In this document: positions 1 to 8,591 of the stretch, piece by piece
Position numbering within the stretch: the stretch's first letter is position 1
How the letters are laid out: each line of letters begins with the position of its first letter
Source of the DNA: Chitinophagales bacterium
GTDB taxonomy: Bacteria > Bacteroidota > Bacteroidia > Chitinophagales > JADJOU01
Direction: 5' to 3'
Assembly: GCA_016787225.1 (NCBI GenBank)
Contig: JAEUUY010000023.1
Location: forward strand, 19,441-83,440
DNA length: 64,000 bases
The notes under the pieces: model-generated
The model's database searches: none
What the model was told of the DNA's origin: nothing
The model's input: only the letters and a program-made list of their open reading frames with translations
Translations under genes and position numbers: made by a program

Positions 1-25
1 TAATTTAAAATTTATCACGAATAAT

Positions 26-991
26 TCAACCCTTAAAACTATTCTGAATCATAATATCAAAAGCTTCTTTCAAACTAAAGCCATAATGATTTAACTGTTG
101 AGGGAAAATACTAGCTTCGGATAAGCCTGGTATCGTGTTGATTTCCATAAAATAGACTTCCTCTCCTTTTAGTAAATAATCGACACGCGCTAAGCCTCTA
201 CAGTTCATTACTCGGAAAATTTTTTCAGTCAAAGTTCTCATTTCATTTTCAACCTTGGGACTGAGATTTTCTGCTGGGGTCACCTCCTTGGATTTGCCTT
301 CATATTTCGCAGCATAGTCAAAAAACTCCGTCTCTGGAATAATTTCAGTAATTGGCATGATGTGGAGTTTCTCACCTTCCTGCAATATGCCATGCGAAAA
401 TTCTCTACCTTCTATAAACTCTTCGATTAAAACCAAGTCATCGTGTTCTAGTGCATCCTGAATGGCTTTCTTTATTTGTGAACGTTCTTTAACTTTTGTC
501 ACACCAAAACTAGATCCAACGCTATTCGGCTTGATAAACATAGGAAAACCAAGATGTTCATATTTCGACTCATCTATAGTTTCACCTTTGGTATATATTT
601 CAAAGGATGCCGTACGAATCCCATGGGTATTCTTTAGAATTTGCTTTGTCAGAATTTTATCCATAGTGATAGCCATAGTCCTTCCATCGCAGCCTGTATA
701 AGGTATGCCTAACATTTCCAAATAACCTTGAATTTTGCCATCTTCTACTGGGGAACCATGTATAGCCATAAAACAAGCGTCGAAATTCACTTTTACTTCC
801 GGAATGGTAATCGAAAAATCATTCCTATCGACCACTTCACCATCTTCACTATGCCAGATGGATTTATCGATATCGATAATAAATGCATTATACTTTTCTG
901 GATCAAGGTTTTGCTTTACTACCTGAGCACTTTTGAGAGAAATAATACGCTCTGATTCGAAACCGCCAGCTAGAATAGCAATATTAAGCAT
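26..991 (-). CDS. ddl: D-alanine--D-alanine ligase
   Basis: 321 aa, full-length ATP-grasp Ddl pattern (N-term MLNIAILAGGFESERIISLKSA, C-term FMEINTIPGLSE). Confidence 0.9.
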   Translation of the reverse strand: MLNIAILAGGFESERIISLKSAQVVKQNLDPEKYNAFIIDIDKSIWHSEDGEVVDRNDFSITIPEVKVNFDACFMAIHGSPVEDGKIQGYLEMLGIPYTGCDGRTMAITMDKILTKQILKNTHGIRTASFEIYTKGETIDESKYEHLGFPMFIKPNSVGSSFGVTKVKERSQIKKAIQDALEHDDLVLIEEFIEGREFSHGILQEGEKLHIMPITEIIPETEFFDYAAKYEGKSKEVTPAENLSPKVENEMRTLTEKIFRVMNCRGLARVDYLLKGEEVYFMEINTIPGLSEASIFPQQLNHYGFSLKEAFDIMIQNSFKG

Positions 992-1002
992 AACCTATAA
1001 AA

Positions 1003-1407
1003 TTAAAACTTGACATGAACTTTAACCTTTAAGGACTCTAATCCATCTCGAATCAGCCTTAATCGCTTGACTAAGTCATAGTTATTATTAATATTTACCA
1101 TTGTTTGGTTTTCGATGCTATTTTCTTCAACTAAATCGCTGGAGTTTAATGTATCTTGATTCAAGTCTACTTTATTTATTCCCTGCTTTAATCGTTTTTT
1201 AGCACCTTCAATAGTATATCCTTCATCTTTTAGCATTCGCTGAATTAGTTGCAATTTTTCTAAATCATCTTTTTGGAATAGACGGTCTCCTTTTCTATTT
1301 TTTCTTACATTTAAGTGAAACTCTCCACTCCAATATCGAAGCTGAGAGGTGGAAGTTTGCATAATTTCAGCAACCTCGCCTATCGTGTAATAAAATTTAC
1401 CTTCCAT
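1003..1407 (-). CDS. MerR family transcriptional regulator
   Basis: 134 aa. N-terminal MerR-type HTH (YYTIGEVAEIMQTSTSQLRYWSGEF) followed by a helical region. No Cys metal site. Confidence 0.75.
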   Translation of the reverse strand: MEGKFYYTIGEVAEIMQTSTSQLRYWSGEFHLNVRKNRKGDRLFQKDDLEKLQLIQRMLKDEGYTIEGAKKRLKQGINKVDLNQDTLNSSDLVEENSIENQTMVNINNNYDLVKRLRLIRDGLESLKVKVHVKF

Positions 1408-1506
1408 AAACTAATATATAATGTACAAAATTAGACACTGATTAATCATTCCATATTTAGATTGTAAACGAAACTTAAAGGTTGTATATTATATTAAACA
1501 ATAACC

Positions 1507-2247
1507 TCAAAGCAATTGTGTCAAATCGCTGACCCCCAAATTTCTTTGTACATGAAATCCTTCTGCATACTGTACTCCAATACTTTTACCTAAAATCGCA
1601 TCATGGTATCGTATGATATCTAAAAATGATTTATCAGAGATAAATGTTTCTACCTCTTTACTTTTCGGATCATAAAATTGAGAGCTGTAGGCACGTATAG
1701 CTTCAAACTTTTTATCTTCGAAATCTGAAGTATCTAAAACAAAGTCAGGTTTTTGAAACTGAAATTGAATATAATTATAGACCACAGAAGGCCTGAAATG
1801 TTCTTGCAACTTTCCTTCAAACTCAGTCTCTATTTTTATTAGACCGGATAAAAAAGCTGCTTTTTGCACAATATCTGCACCTTTCGCGTGGTCAGGATGT
1901 CGATCTTGTTTTGCATTACATATAATGATGCGCGGACGATACTTTCGAATGATCTGAATGATTTTCAAGCAATTTTCTTGATTGTCGAGCATCCATACAT
2001 CAGGAAGTCCTAGATTTTCACGTACATCGATACCGAGTATGCTAGAAGCTTTCTCAGCCTCTTTTAGACGCAATTCGCCGCTCCCGCGAGAACCCATTTC
2101 TCCATGAGTCAAATCACAAATTCCAACTTTGTAACCTAATGCTTTATGCTTAAGAATAGTGCCACCTGCACTAATCTCAACATCATCAGGATGAATACCA
2201 AAAGCTAAAATATCTAAATACACTTCCTTCGTTATTGTATGCAACAA
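1507..2247 (-). CDS. bshB1: Bacillithiol biosynthesis deacetylase BshB1 (PIG-L/LmbE family)
   Basis: 246 aa. PIG-L signature AFGIHPDDVEISAGGT and CDLTHGEMGSRG, as in BshB1. Confidence 0.8.
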   Translation of the reverse strand: MLHTITKEVYLDILAFGIHPDDVEISAGGTILKHKALGYKVGICDLTHGEMGSRGSGELRLKEAEKASSILGIDVRENLGLPDVWMLDNQENCLKIIQIIRKYRPRIIICNAKQDRHPDHAKGADIVQKAAFLSGLIKIETEFEGKLQEHFRPSVVYNYIQFQFQKPDFVLDTSDFEDKKFEAIRAYSSQFYDPKSKEVETFISDKSFLDIIRYHDAILGKSIGVQYAEGFHVQRNLGVSDLTQLL

Positions 2248-2311
2248 ATTTAAAATATTTCAGACTATTAGAATAAAATAGATTTCATATCATAGTAAAT
2301 CCACCCATACC

Positions 2312-2653
2312 TCAATCTTCTACATTCAGGATATGCAGCAGCCTGTGAATAAGAGGTGCGAAGAAGACTGCTGTTATACTAAGAAATGCAACACCACTGT
2401 AAAGTGCATAAAATGATGAAAACAATTTAGCATTATATGATTTCATTTCAACTACTGGCCCCATACCCGTCAATATCATACACGCCATATGAAAACTATC
2501 TAACCAAGATATGTTTGCAAAATAATGATATCCTAAGGTGCCAATCCATACAGAAATAAAAACCAATGCAAAGGCGAATAAGGCATAGCGTACGACTCGG
2601 ACTAAAAACAATGACCAAGGAGCAATTTTCTCGCGATTATGTTCTAATTTCAT
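2312..2653 (-). CDS. Small 2-TM pore-loop ion-channel-like membrane protein (non-canonical filter)
   Basis: 113 aa. Layout is TM1 (ALFAFALVFISVWIGTLGYHYF), then a pore-helix-like SWLDSFHMACMILTGMGPV, then TM2 (LFSSFYALYSGVAFLSITAVFFAPLI). It aligns by eye to the K-channel segment SW..S.Y...VT..TVGYGD, but the filter is degenerate (TGMGP). It starts 12 nt after the dabB stop. Confidence 0.5.
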   Translation of the reverse strand: MKLEHNREKIAPWSLFLVRVVRYALFAFALVFISVWIGTLGYHYFANISWLDSFHMACMILTGMGPVVEMKSYNAKLFSSFYALYSGVAFLSITAVFFAPLIHRLLHILNVED

Positions 2654-2665
2654 ATTATAATTTTA

Positions 2666-4540
2666 TTATGAATTTCGATAAGCAATTTCATGATAAGTCT
2701 TACTATGAGGACCAAGAAATAACATAGAATACATTCGAATTACGGCTAATCCATCTATCACAAAAGAACTTGCAACCAATACGGCTAAAATTATTTGATT
2801 TTCATGAATATGAGAAAACATCAAATCTTCTCCTAAAAAAGTTGGAGATATCGGGAATCCGGTCAGACCAAGACAAGCCAGCAAAAAAACAATTGAAAGT
2901 ATAGCGTGTTCGTAGGCATGACCATGAAATCGATCTAAGGTAATGTTCTCTCCTTTTTTTGATAAGAACATGAGGCAAAGTCCACCCACGGTAGAGGCAG
3001 CAATAACTCCGCTGATATAAATAATGATTTCATTCCATTCTAAATGCTCGTTAAAAAAAACAGCTAATGCTATCAAAATATGATTGGAGAATATTAGTAA
3101 TAACGTATTAAAGGCAGTTTTCTTTTCTGAAAATGCTTTGAATGAAAATAATAAAGCTATCAATCCAAACAATTCTGGTGTGAAATGAAAATGGTAATGC
3201 AAATCTAACCAATGAGCTATGACAATGATAATAGCTAAAAAAGGAAGAATATACTTTGAATTTTTCCATGATAAAAAACTCAATTTCTTCCCAATCCATT
3301 TAATTGGTTGCCACCAATAATGATAAAGTATAGTATCTAAATTCCATTCTTTGAGACATAGAATATACATTGCATACTGCCACTTGACTGGAAAAAAACG
3401 CTCGATAGTTTTCTGATAAGGTGTGAACGTATAAAACTGCTCTCTGATTTTATAACTAACTACAGATGGACTAATAAGTAATTGATAAGTTCGTAAAATG
3501 GCGTTGCCAAAAAAATGTATTAAAGCGAGGTTATGCCAGCCCATTGCTACTTCGATAAACATTATTCCTATATGTGCAATTGAGGTGTAAGCAACTTGTG
3601 CTTTGATTGAACTTTGTACCCTAGAAATACCCGTAGCCATATAGAAGGAAAACAATCCTATTAAAACAAGAAATACTCTGATGGAAATCTGGAATTCGAT
3701 CAATGGAAAGACTCGAAATAATAAATAGACACCCATATGTACTGAAAGTGAACCGTAAAATATAGCACTTGATGGAGTCGGACCTTCCATAGCTCTTGGC
3801 AACCAAAAAGAAAAAGGAAATTGAGCAGATTTGGCAGCCGCAGCTATAACTACCCCCAATGCTATAAATATACCTAAAATGGAATGCGAATGAATATGTT
3901 CACTTAGTATTTCTGCATTACTCATTTTTAGAAAAGTAACGTTTTCATGCCAAAAGTGATGACTAAGCCACATGGCTATTAAAAGTCCAACATCTCCCAA
4001 ACGATATATAGTAAATACTTTTACCGCATTCTTTACAGGTAAATATCTATATCGATAAAAGGCAATTAATAAAAAAGACGATATGCCCAATACTTCCCAA
4101 CCAATGAAAAGAGTTTCGAAATTACCCGCAAGAATGGTAAGATTGAATCCAAAGAAAAAAAGCAAAATGGTAAGAAAAAAACGCTTATAGCCTTCTTCCC
4201 TATGCATGTAATATTGACTAAAAATAGTTACCATCAAAGCTACAAAACTTCCAGCCATTAAAAACAAAATGGAAAATTTATCTATTAATAAATCGATGAA
4301 AAAATGATAGCTAGGGTTTTTGTAAATTGTAAGTTCCGATAAGTTTATTGTTTGGAAGTCTTGATATATCCACAGAACTAGCAGCCAAGCGGATAAGCCA
4401 AACTGCAATATAACTATTGATTTAGAAAGCAAGGCAATTCCTTTTTCACTACTTTTTGATAAGTAAATTCCAGCTAAATAACCTATTAACGGCAACAATA
4501 TTATTGAAAGAACTAAGTTATGCAGCATAGTTGATATCAT
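2666..4540 (-). CDS. dabB: DabB: proton-conducting NuoL/MnhA-like membrane subunit of the DAB inorganic-carbon pump
   Basis: 624 aa polytopic protein with complex-I subunit-L/Mrp antiporter-like motifs (WEVLGISSFLLI, PTPSSAIFYGSLSVHMGVYL). It overlaps the DUF2309 gene by 23 nt. Confidence 0.8.
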   Translation of the reverse strand: MISTMLHNLVLSIILLPLIGYLAGIYLSKSSEKGIALLSKSIVILQFGLSAWLLVLWIYQDFQTINLSELTIYKNPSYHFFIDLLIDKFSILFLMAGSFVALMVTIFSQYYMHREEGYKRFFLTILLFFFGFNLTILAGNFETLFIGWEVLGISSFLLIAFYRYRYLPVKNAVKVFTIYRLGDVGLLIAMWLSHHFWHENVTFLKMSNAEILSEHIHSHSILGIFIALGVVIAAAAKSAQFPFSFWLPRAMEGPTPSSAIFYGSLSVHMGVYLLFRVFPLIEFQISIRVFLVLIGLFSFYMATGISRVQSSIKAQVAYTSIAHIGIMFIEVAMGWHNLALIHFFGNAILRTYQLLISPSVVSYKIREQFYTFTPYQKTIERFFPVKWQYAMYILCLKEWNLDTILYHYWWQPIKWIGKKLSFLSWKNSKYILPFLAIIIVIAHWLDLHYHFHFTPELFGLIALLFSFKAFSEKKTAFNTLLLIFSNHILIALAVFFNEHLEWNEIIIYISGVIAASTVGGLCLMFLSKKGENITLDRFHGHAYEHAILSIVFLLACLGLTGFPISPTFLGEDLMFSHIHENQIILAVLVASSFVIDGLAVIRMYSMLFLGPHSKTYHEIAYRNS

Positions 4541-7109
4541 TTATAATTTTGACTGGAATGTTTTCATTATTAGTTTCAAATATTCTTATTAAGTCTTGAC
4601 TAGAAATGCTAGGAGTTGTCATTAATTCTAAATCTAAAATAGTGAATTCCCCTTTCTGAAATCGCAGCATTTTTTTATGAGTAGGATGAAAGCAAATGAG
4701 ATGGATCCATTCATTAGCAAACCACTCGTAGGTCGCTGGATTAGCTTGAATAGCGTTTAATATAATCTCAGGAAATTGTTCTACGATTATCATAAGACGT
4801 ATTGGGTCATGAATTTCAATCATCTGTGCGGGCAATCCTGGTCTCAGGTCACCATCTATACCGTTGGCTACTCCGAATAGACCTATGATATTATGCGGTA
4901 GTTTACTACCTGCTCCTAATTTTTGATTGTCTGTTCTGGAAAAATAGTATTCTAAATTAATCCCTCCACAAACGGGTGCAGCAGCATTTAAAATTCCTTG
5001 AAGATAACTACCATCGCTATCTTTTCGATAATCATAGCTATTGAGAAATGCACGTCGATCCAAGAATAAACCTCTAGTCATATCCCTTCTACCCACTATA
5101 CATAGAGCATTAGTAGCGTGATTATACTCTGGTCTCGGCTCAAAAAACGATACAGATCTGCGTTTAATTTTATTGTGTATTTTATCTATACTTTCAATTG
5201 TCGCTATATTTTCAAATCTACGTGAACGCTCCTTAGCATTAAGTTTCAATGCTTCTCGCATATCTTTTTTATTTGCATTATGAGAACTTCTATATGTAAA
5301 GGATAGAGAAATATCTTTATCGAAAAATTGAACTACATCTTGTGTCGTATCATGTAGTCCTCCCAAAAAAATAGTTCCCAGAGGTATATCAATACCCTTT
5401 TCCCTTAATAACTCTCTTACTTTAGGGTCATTGACCATCATCGAGAATACTCGAGCATTTACTGAGCCAGCTCTGCCACTGCAAGCTCCACATTCATAAC
5501 CGGCATAGTAAGGATTATTAGTACTAGAAGAACCATGACCAATGACATAGACAATAGGTGCAAAATTCTCAGTAAGACCAATACTTTTGAGCATATTGTA
5601 TACCCGAGTTGCCATTTCCTCCTTCGTAAAGCCAATATTTAATCCATTTTCTTGACTATGGTCATGGTTCTCAATAGCCAAAGGAAAATTTTTCTCCATG
5701 TGCATAAATGGATTGGAAGTAGCTGCGCTTCGCTTAGGAAATAAAACGGCAGAAACTAATTTTAATGCTGAAAAAAAGCCGATAAACTGAGATACAAACC
5801 AGCCTAAAAGGCTGTTGTGGCTATGCTCTGAAAAATGTATATCAGGTTCATGATGATGTATCGATGATTGATTTAACTTTTCAGTGACTTTTTTCTTCAG
5901 TTGACTAAGTTTTTGGTCCTTTGCTACTTCTTTAACCAAGTATTTGGGAGTCATAGGGGCTGGACATATCTTGGTATAAAATTTCCCACCTTCAGGCTGA
6001 AAAAACATATCCAAACCAAAAAAACCTGGCGTTCCATAAGTTTCACAGTCTGGTACAATGTATTCTATATGCCTTCTCCATGAACATATTCTGTCATCTA
6101 TACACATGATGGTTTGAAATCGCAGATTCTTTTCATAGTGAGTCTGAGGCTTATCAATTATTCCATTTAAAACAGAGTTATAATATGTCCATTCAAAGGC
6201 TTCCTGCCATAGCCTACCAATCGTAAATACATGCGTTTGTTTTACTGATTCAAAAATCATTTTAGGAGTATAATCGATATAACCTTCCAATGGGTACCAA
6301 TTTCCTTCACCAAATTTATAATCCAACGCATCAATTTCCAATAAACATTCCAAATAAATTAACTCTTTAGTGCTAATCTTTCTCTGATCAAAAAGCATGG
6401 CTGGCATTTTTTCTACTTCGGACACAAAACCGCTCCATCCCTGATGTTCAAACTGCTGATCAAAGAGATAGTTTTCATAGAAATTATAATTTTTACCAAC
6501 AAGAATTTCAAGCAAATCATGAATACTAAGACTTCGACTTTTAAAAATTTCACGTGCTCTTTTTCGTCTAAAAATACTGACAAGACCATTATTTTCTATC
6601 ACTGATAGAGCCTCAAGAAAAGTTTTATCTTTTATGGGGAATTTCCAGATGGCAATACCTTGATCTAAATAATTGCTCAATAATCTGAATAAGGTGGGAT
6701 AAACCATAGCATCCATATCTACTCCAAGTTTAGTTCTCCAATTTTCTCTCAAATTCCCTATTCTGGAGTCAAAGTCATGTACCAGGTTAATCTCCATCAT
6801 ATCTTCAAATAGTGCTTTTCGTTGATTTTCGTCACTGGTAAATTCCTTTAAAACCTTATGAACAGCGTTTTCAGAAATTTCTCCATTTCTATATTTTTTT
6901 TGATATTCATCAATAGTTAAGGTAATTTTATAGCCAAAGATTTCATATGCTTGATTCAATCCCTCAAAAAATGGTAAATGCTGAAAAGCATGTAAAGAAT
7001 TATGATGAATAAAATCTTTTAATGCCCACTGCGAAGGCAGATAATGCTTGATATGTTTAATGACTCTTTCTAAGTCAAAATTATTATTAACTAATATCTC
7101 TGTGTTCAT
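4518..7109 (-). CDS. dabA: DabA: DUF2309 family inorganic-carbon pump subunit (beta-CA-like)
   Basis: 863 aa. DUF2309 N-terminal motif (LPSQWALKDFIHHNSLHAF). Beta-CA-like CxDxR at aa 336-340 (MCIDDR; Cys codon at nt 6102-6104). Later HGSSSTNNPYYAGYECGACSG supplies His/Cys ligand candidates. Confidence 0.85.
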   Translation of the reverse strand: MNTEILVNNNFDLERVIKHIKHYLPSQWALKDFIHHNSLHAFQHLPFFEGLNQAYEIFGYKITLTIDEYQKKYRNGEISENAVHKVLKEFTSDENQRKALFEDMMEINLVHDFDSRIGNLRENWRTKLGVDMDAMVYPTLFRLLSNYLDQGIAIWKFPIKDKTFLEALSVIENNGLVSIFRRKRAREIFKSRSLSIHDLLEILVGKNYNFYENYLFDQQFEHQGWSGFVSEVEKMPAMLFDQRKISTKELIYLECLLEIDALDYKFGEGNWYPLEGYIDYTPKMIFESVKQTHVFTIGRLWQEAFEWTYYNSVLNGIIDKPQTHYEKNLRFQTIMCIDDRICSWRRHIEYIVPDCETYGTPGFFGLDMFFQPEGGKFYTKICPAPMTPKYLVKEVAKDQKLSQLKKKVTEKLNQSSIHHHEPDIHFSEHSHNSLLGWFVSQFIGFFSALKLVSAVLFPKRSAATSNPFMHMEKNFPLAIENHDHSQENGLNIGFTKEEMATRVYNMLKSIGLTENFAPIVYVIGHGSSSTNNPYYAGYECGACSGRAGSVNARVFSMMVNDPKVRELLREKGIDIPLGTIFLGGLHDTTQDVVQFFDKDISLSFTYRSSHNANKKDMREALKLNAKERSRRFENIATIESIDKIHNKIKRRSVSFFEPRPEYNHATNALCIVGRRDMTRGLFLDRRAFLNSYDYRKDSDGSYLQGILNAAAPVCGGINLEYYFSRTDNQKLGAGSKLPHNIIGLFGVANGIDGDLRPGLPAQMIEIHDPIRLMIIVEQFPEIILNAIQANPATYEWFANEWIHLICFHPTHKKMLRFQKGEFTILDLELMTTPSISSQDLIRIFETNNENIPVKIINDINYAA

Positions 7110-7114
7110 TACTT

Positions 7115-7864
7115 TTATTTCTTATATTTAATTAAATCTAGTGTAGAATTTAGGCCAACTTGAAAGGTGTGATTGTATTCTACCTGTAAACCATTTGGAC
7201 GAAACATAATCTGATTCATATACCCCATTTCTAATCTACCTATTTTTGGAATTTTGTATCCCAGTGCTAAATATGCTCTATTCTGGTCAAAAAGATTCAT
7301 ACCGACATGTTCACCAAAGCTAATCATAATTTCATCATAGGCTGAAACATAGAAGGATTTGTCCTCTATTTTTTTTCCATTTAAAGGGATAGAAAATCGA
7401 TTGAGTAGCCTGAAACGATTGGTAAACATGGCGTCTCCGGGCTCAAAAATTACTCCAGTATTGACGGGCAATTGAGAGAAACGCTGTTCTAATCGAAAGC
7501 GACTAATCCATTCAAAAGAAGATAATTGTGTTTTAATTTGGATCTGTTCCCACAGTCTATGCTCAGGGAAAGTAGATTTTACAGCAAATTCTCCATAAGG
7601 ATAGGTTTCTACAAAACAATACCCAACTGTAGCGAATACATTTGAATTTAAATGATAATTTAAACCCGTTCTTAAAAGTAATTGCTGACCTTTGGTGATG
7701 ACTTCATTTCGTCTAAACTGAGCTTCGATATGTACGCCCCATTTCTCTGCAAATTTATGATCTCCAAAATACATAAACCACCCATTAAAGTTGTCGGTGG
7801 ATTGACGTTGTGAGTAGGAGTATATAGAAACTAGGCCTGTTACTAATAAAATAATATACCTCAT
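7115..7864 (-). CDS. DUF2490-type outer-membrane protein (paralog 1)
   Basis: The ORF runs to 7897, but the ATG at 7864 gives a clean signal peptide (MRYIILLVTGLVSIYSYSQ). Alternating beta-strand pattern. Clear paralog of 16685..17509 (shared WxxH.E.QFRR..VIT..QQ.LLR.G.NYHLNS...GY...ETYPYGE). Confidence 0.65.
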   Translation of the reverse strand: MRYIILLVTGLVSIYSYSQRQSTDNFNGWFMYFGDHKFAEKWGVHIEAQFRRNEVITKGQQLLLRTGLNYHLNSNVFATVGYCFVETYPYGEFAVKSTFPEHRLWEQIQIKTQLSSFEWISRFRLEQRFSQLPVNTGVIFEPGDAMFTNRFRLLNRFSIPLNGKKIEDKSFYVSAYDEIMISFGEHVGMNLFDQNRAYLALGYKIPKIGRLEMGYMNQIMFRPNGLQVEYNHTFQVGLNSTLDLIKYKK

Positions 7865-7868
7865 AATT

Positions 7869-8591
7869 TTAAGTTTTTGGTAAATAAGTGAATTCAAAAA
7901 CTAAGCCATAACTATTTTTTTGTGTATTATTGGGTATTTGGATACCAAGAGATAAAGGTATTTGAGGATGCACAAAGTATTGTCCACCTAGAACACCTAA
8001 TCCTATATAATTATTCCCTGAAATCCAATCTCCTACTAGGTGAATTTTATTTGATAGCTTAAAATCACAACCTGTCATCACACCGAGTCCATTATCAGCC
8101 CCTTGATAGGCTTTGTTTGCATAATATATTCCAGCTATCAAATGCAACCTTTCATTTAAAAATGAATTATTTGAATTGAAATAGATGAAATTAGTAAAAA
8201 ACATATTTTTACTGTGCCTAACGAAAAAATTGCTGCCTATTTCAGCTCCAATGCCCAAATGAGTGTTTTTTGAAACTTTAAACAATTTTTGAATTGTAAA
8301 CATAGAACTTGGAGAGATAGGCCCTTCGCCTAGTGTTTCATTGGTTAAAATCGACTGGTAGTTATATACAAGTCCTATAAGATTAACACCAATTTCAAAT
8401 TCATGCTCAAGTCCATAACATATATTGGTGTTTGACTGCAATACGTTTCCTACATTAAATTGTTGCTGAAAAAAAAACTTATTTTTTAAGGTAATCTCAC
8501 TCGAAGGCACATTAAATAAATTCTGTTGAGAAAAGCTATGCAACGAAGTCAAGCAAAAAACAGCAAATAGGCTGCTTAGTTTTAATTTCAT
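7869..8591 (-). CDS. Putative outer-membrane beta-barrel protein (unassigned family)
   Basis: 240 aa. Signal peptide (MKLKLSSLFAVFCLTSLHSFSQQ), Gly/aromatic-rich alternating pattern, C-terminal GLVFEFTY. Its start overlaps the sulP stop as ATGA (8588-8591). Confidence 0.45.
   Translation of the reverse strand: MKLKLSSLFAVFCLTSLHSFSQQNLFNVPSSEITLKNKFFFQQQFNVGNVLQSNTNICYGLEHEFEIGVNLIGLVYNYQSILTNETLGEGPISPSSMFTIQKLFKVSKNTHLGIGAEIGSNFFVRHSKNMFFTNFIYFNSNNSFLNERLHLIAGIYYANKAYQGADNGLGVMTGCDFKLSNKIHLVGDWISGNNYIGLGVLGGQYFVHPQIPLSLGIQIPNNTQKNSYGLVFEFTYLPKT

Noticed and set aside
462-955. Plus-strand ORFs (462..701, 728..955, 735..926) inside ddl
   Set aside because: These are shadow ORFs antisense to a full-length, well-supported gene. 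They have low-complexity, hydrophobic translations typical of AT-rich antisense frames. The same reasoning applies to 3108..3299, 3621..3806, 5901..6083, 9510..9713, 11003..11212, 12719..12919, 13811..14128, 14660..14872, 15633..15821, 17110..17316, 19249..19756, 22726..23100, 24081..24284 and 25669..25944.
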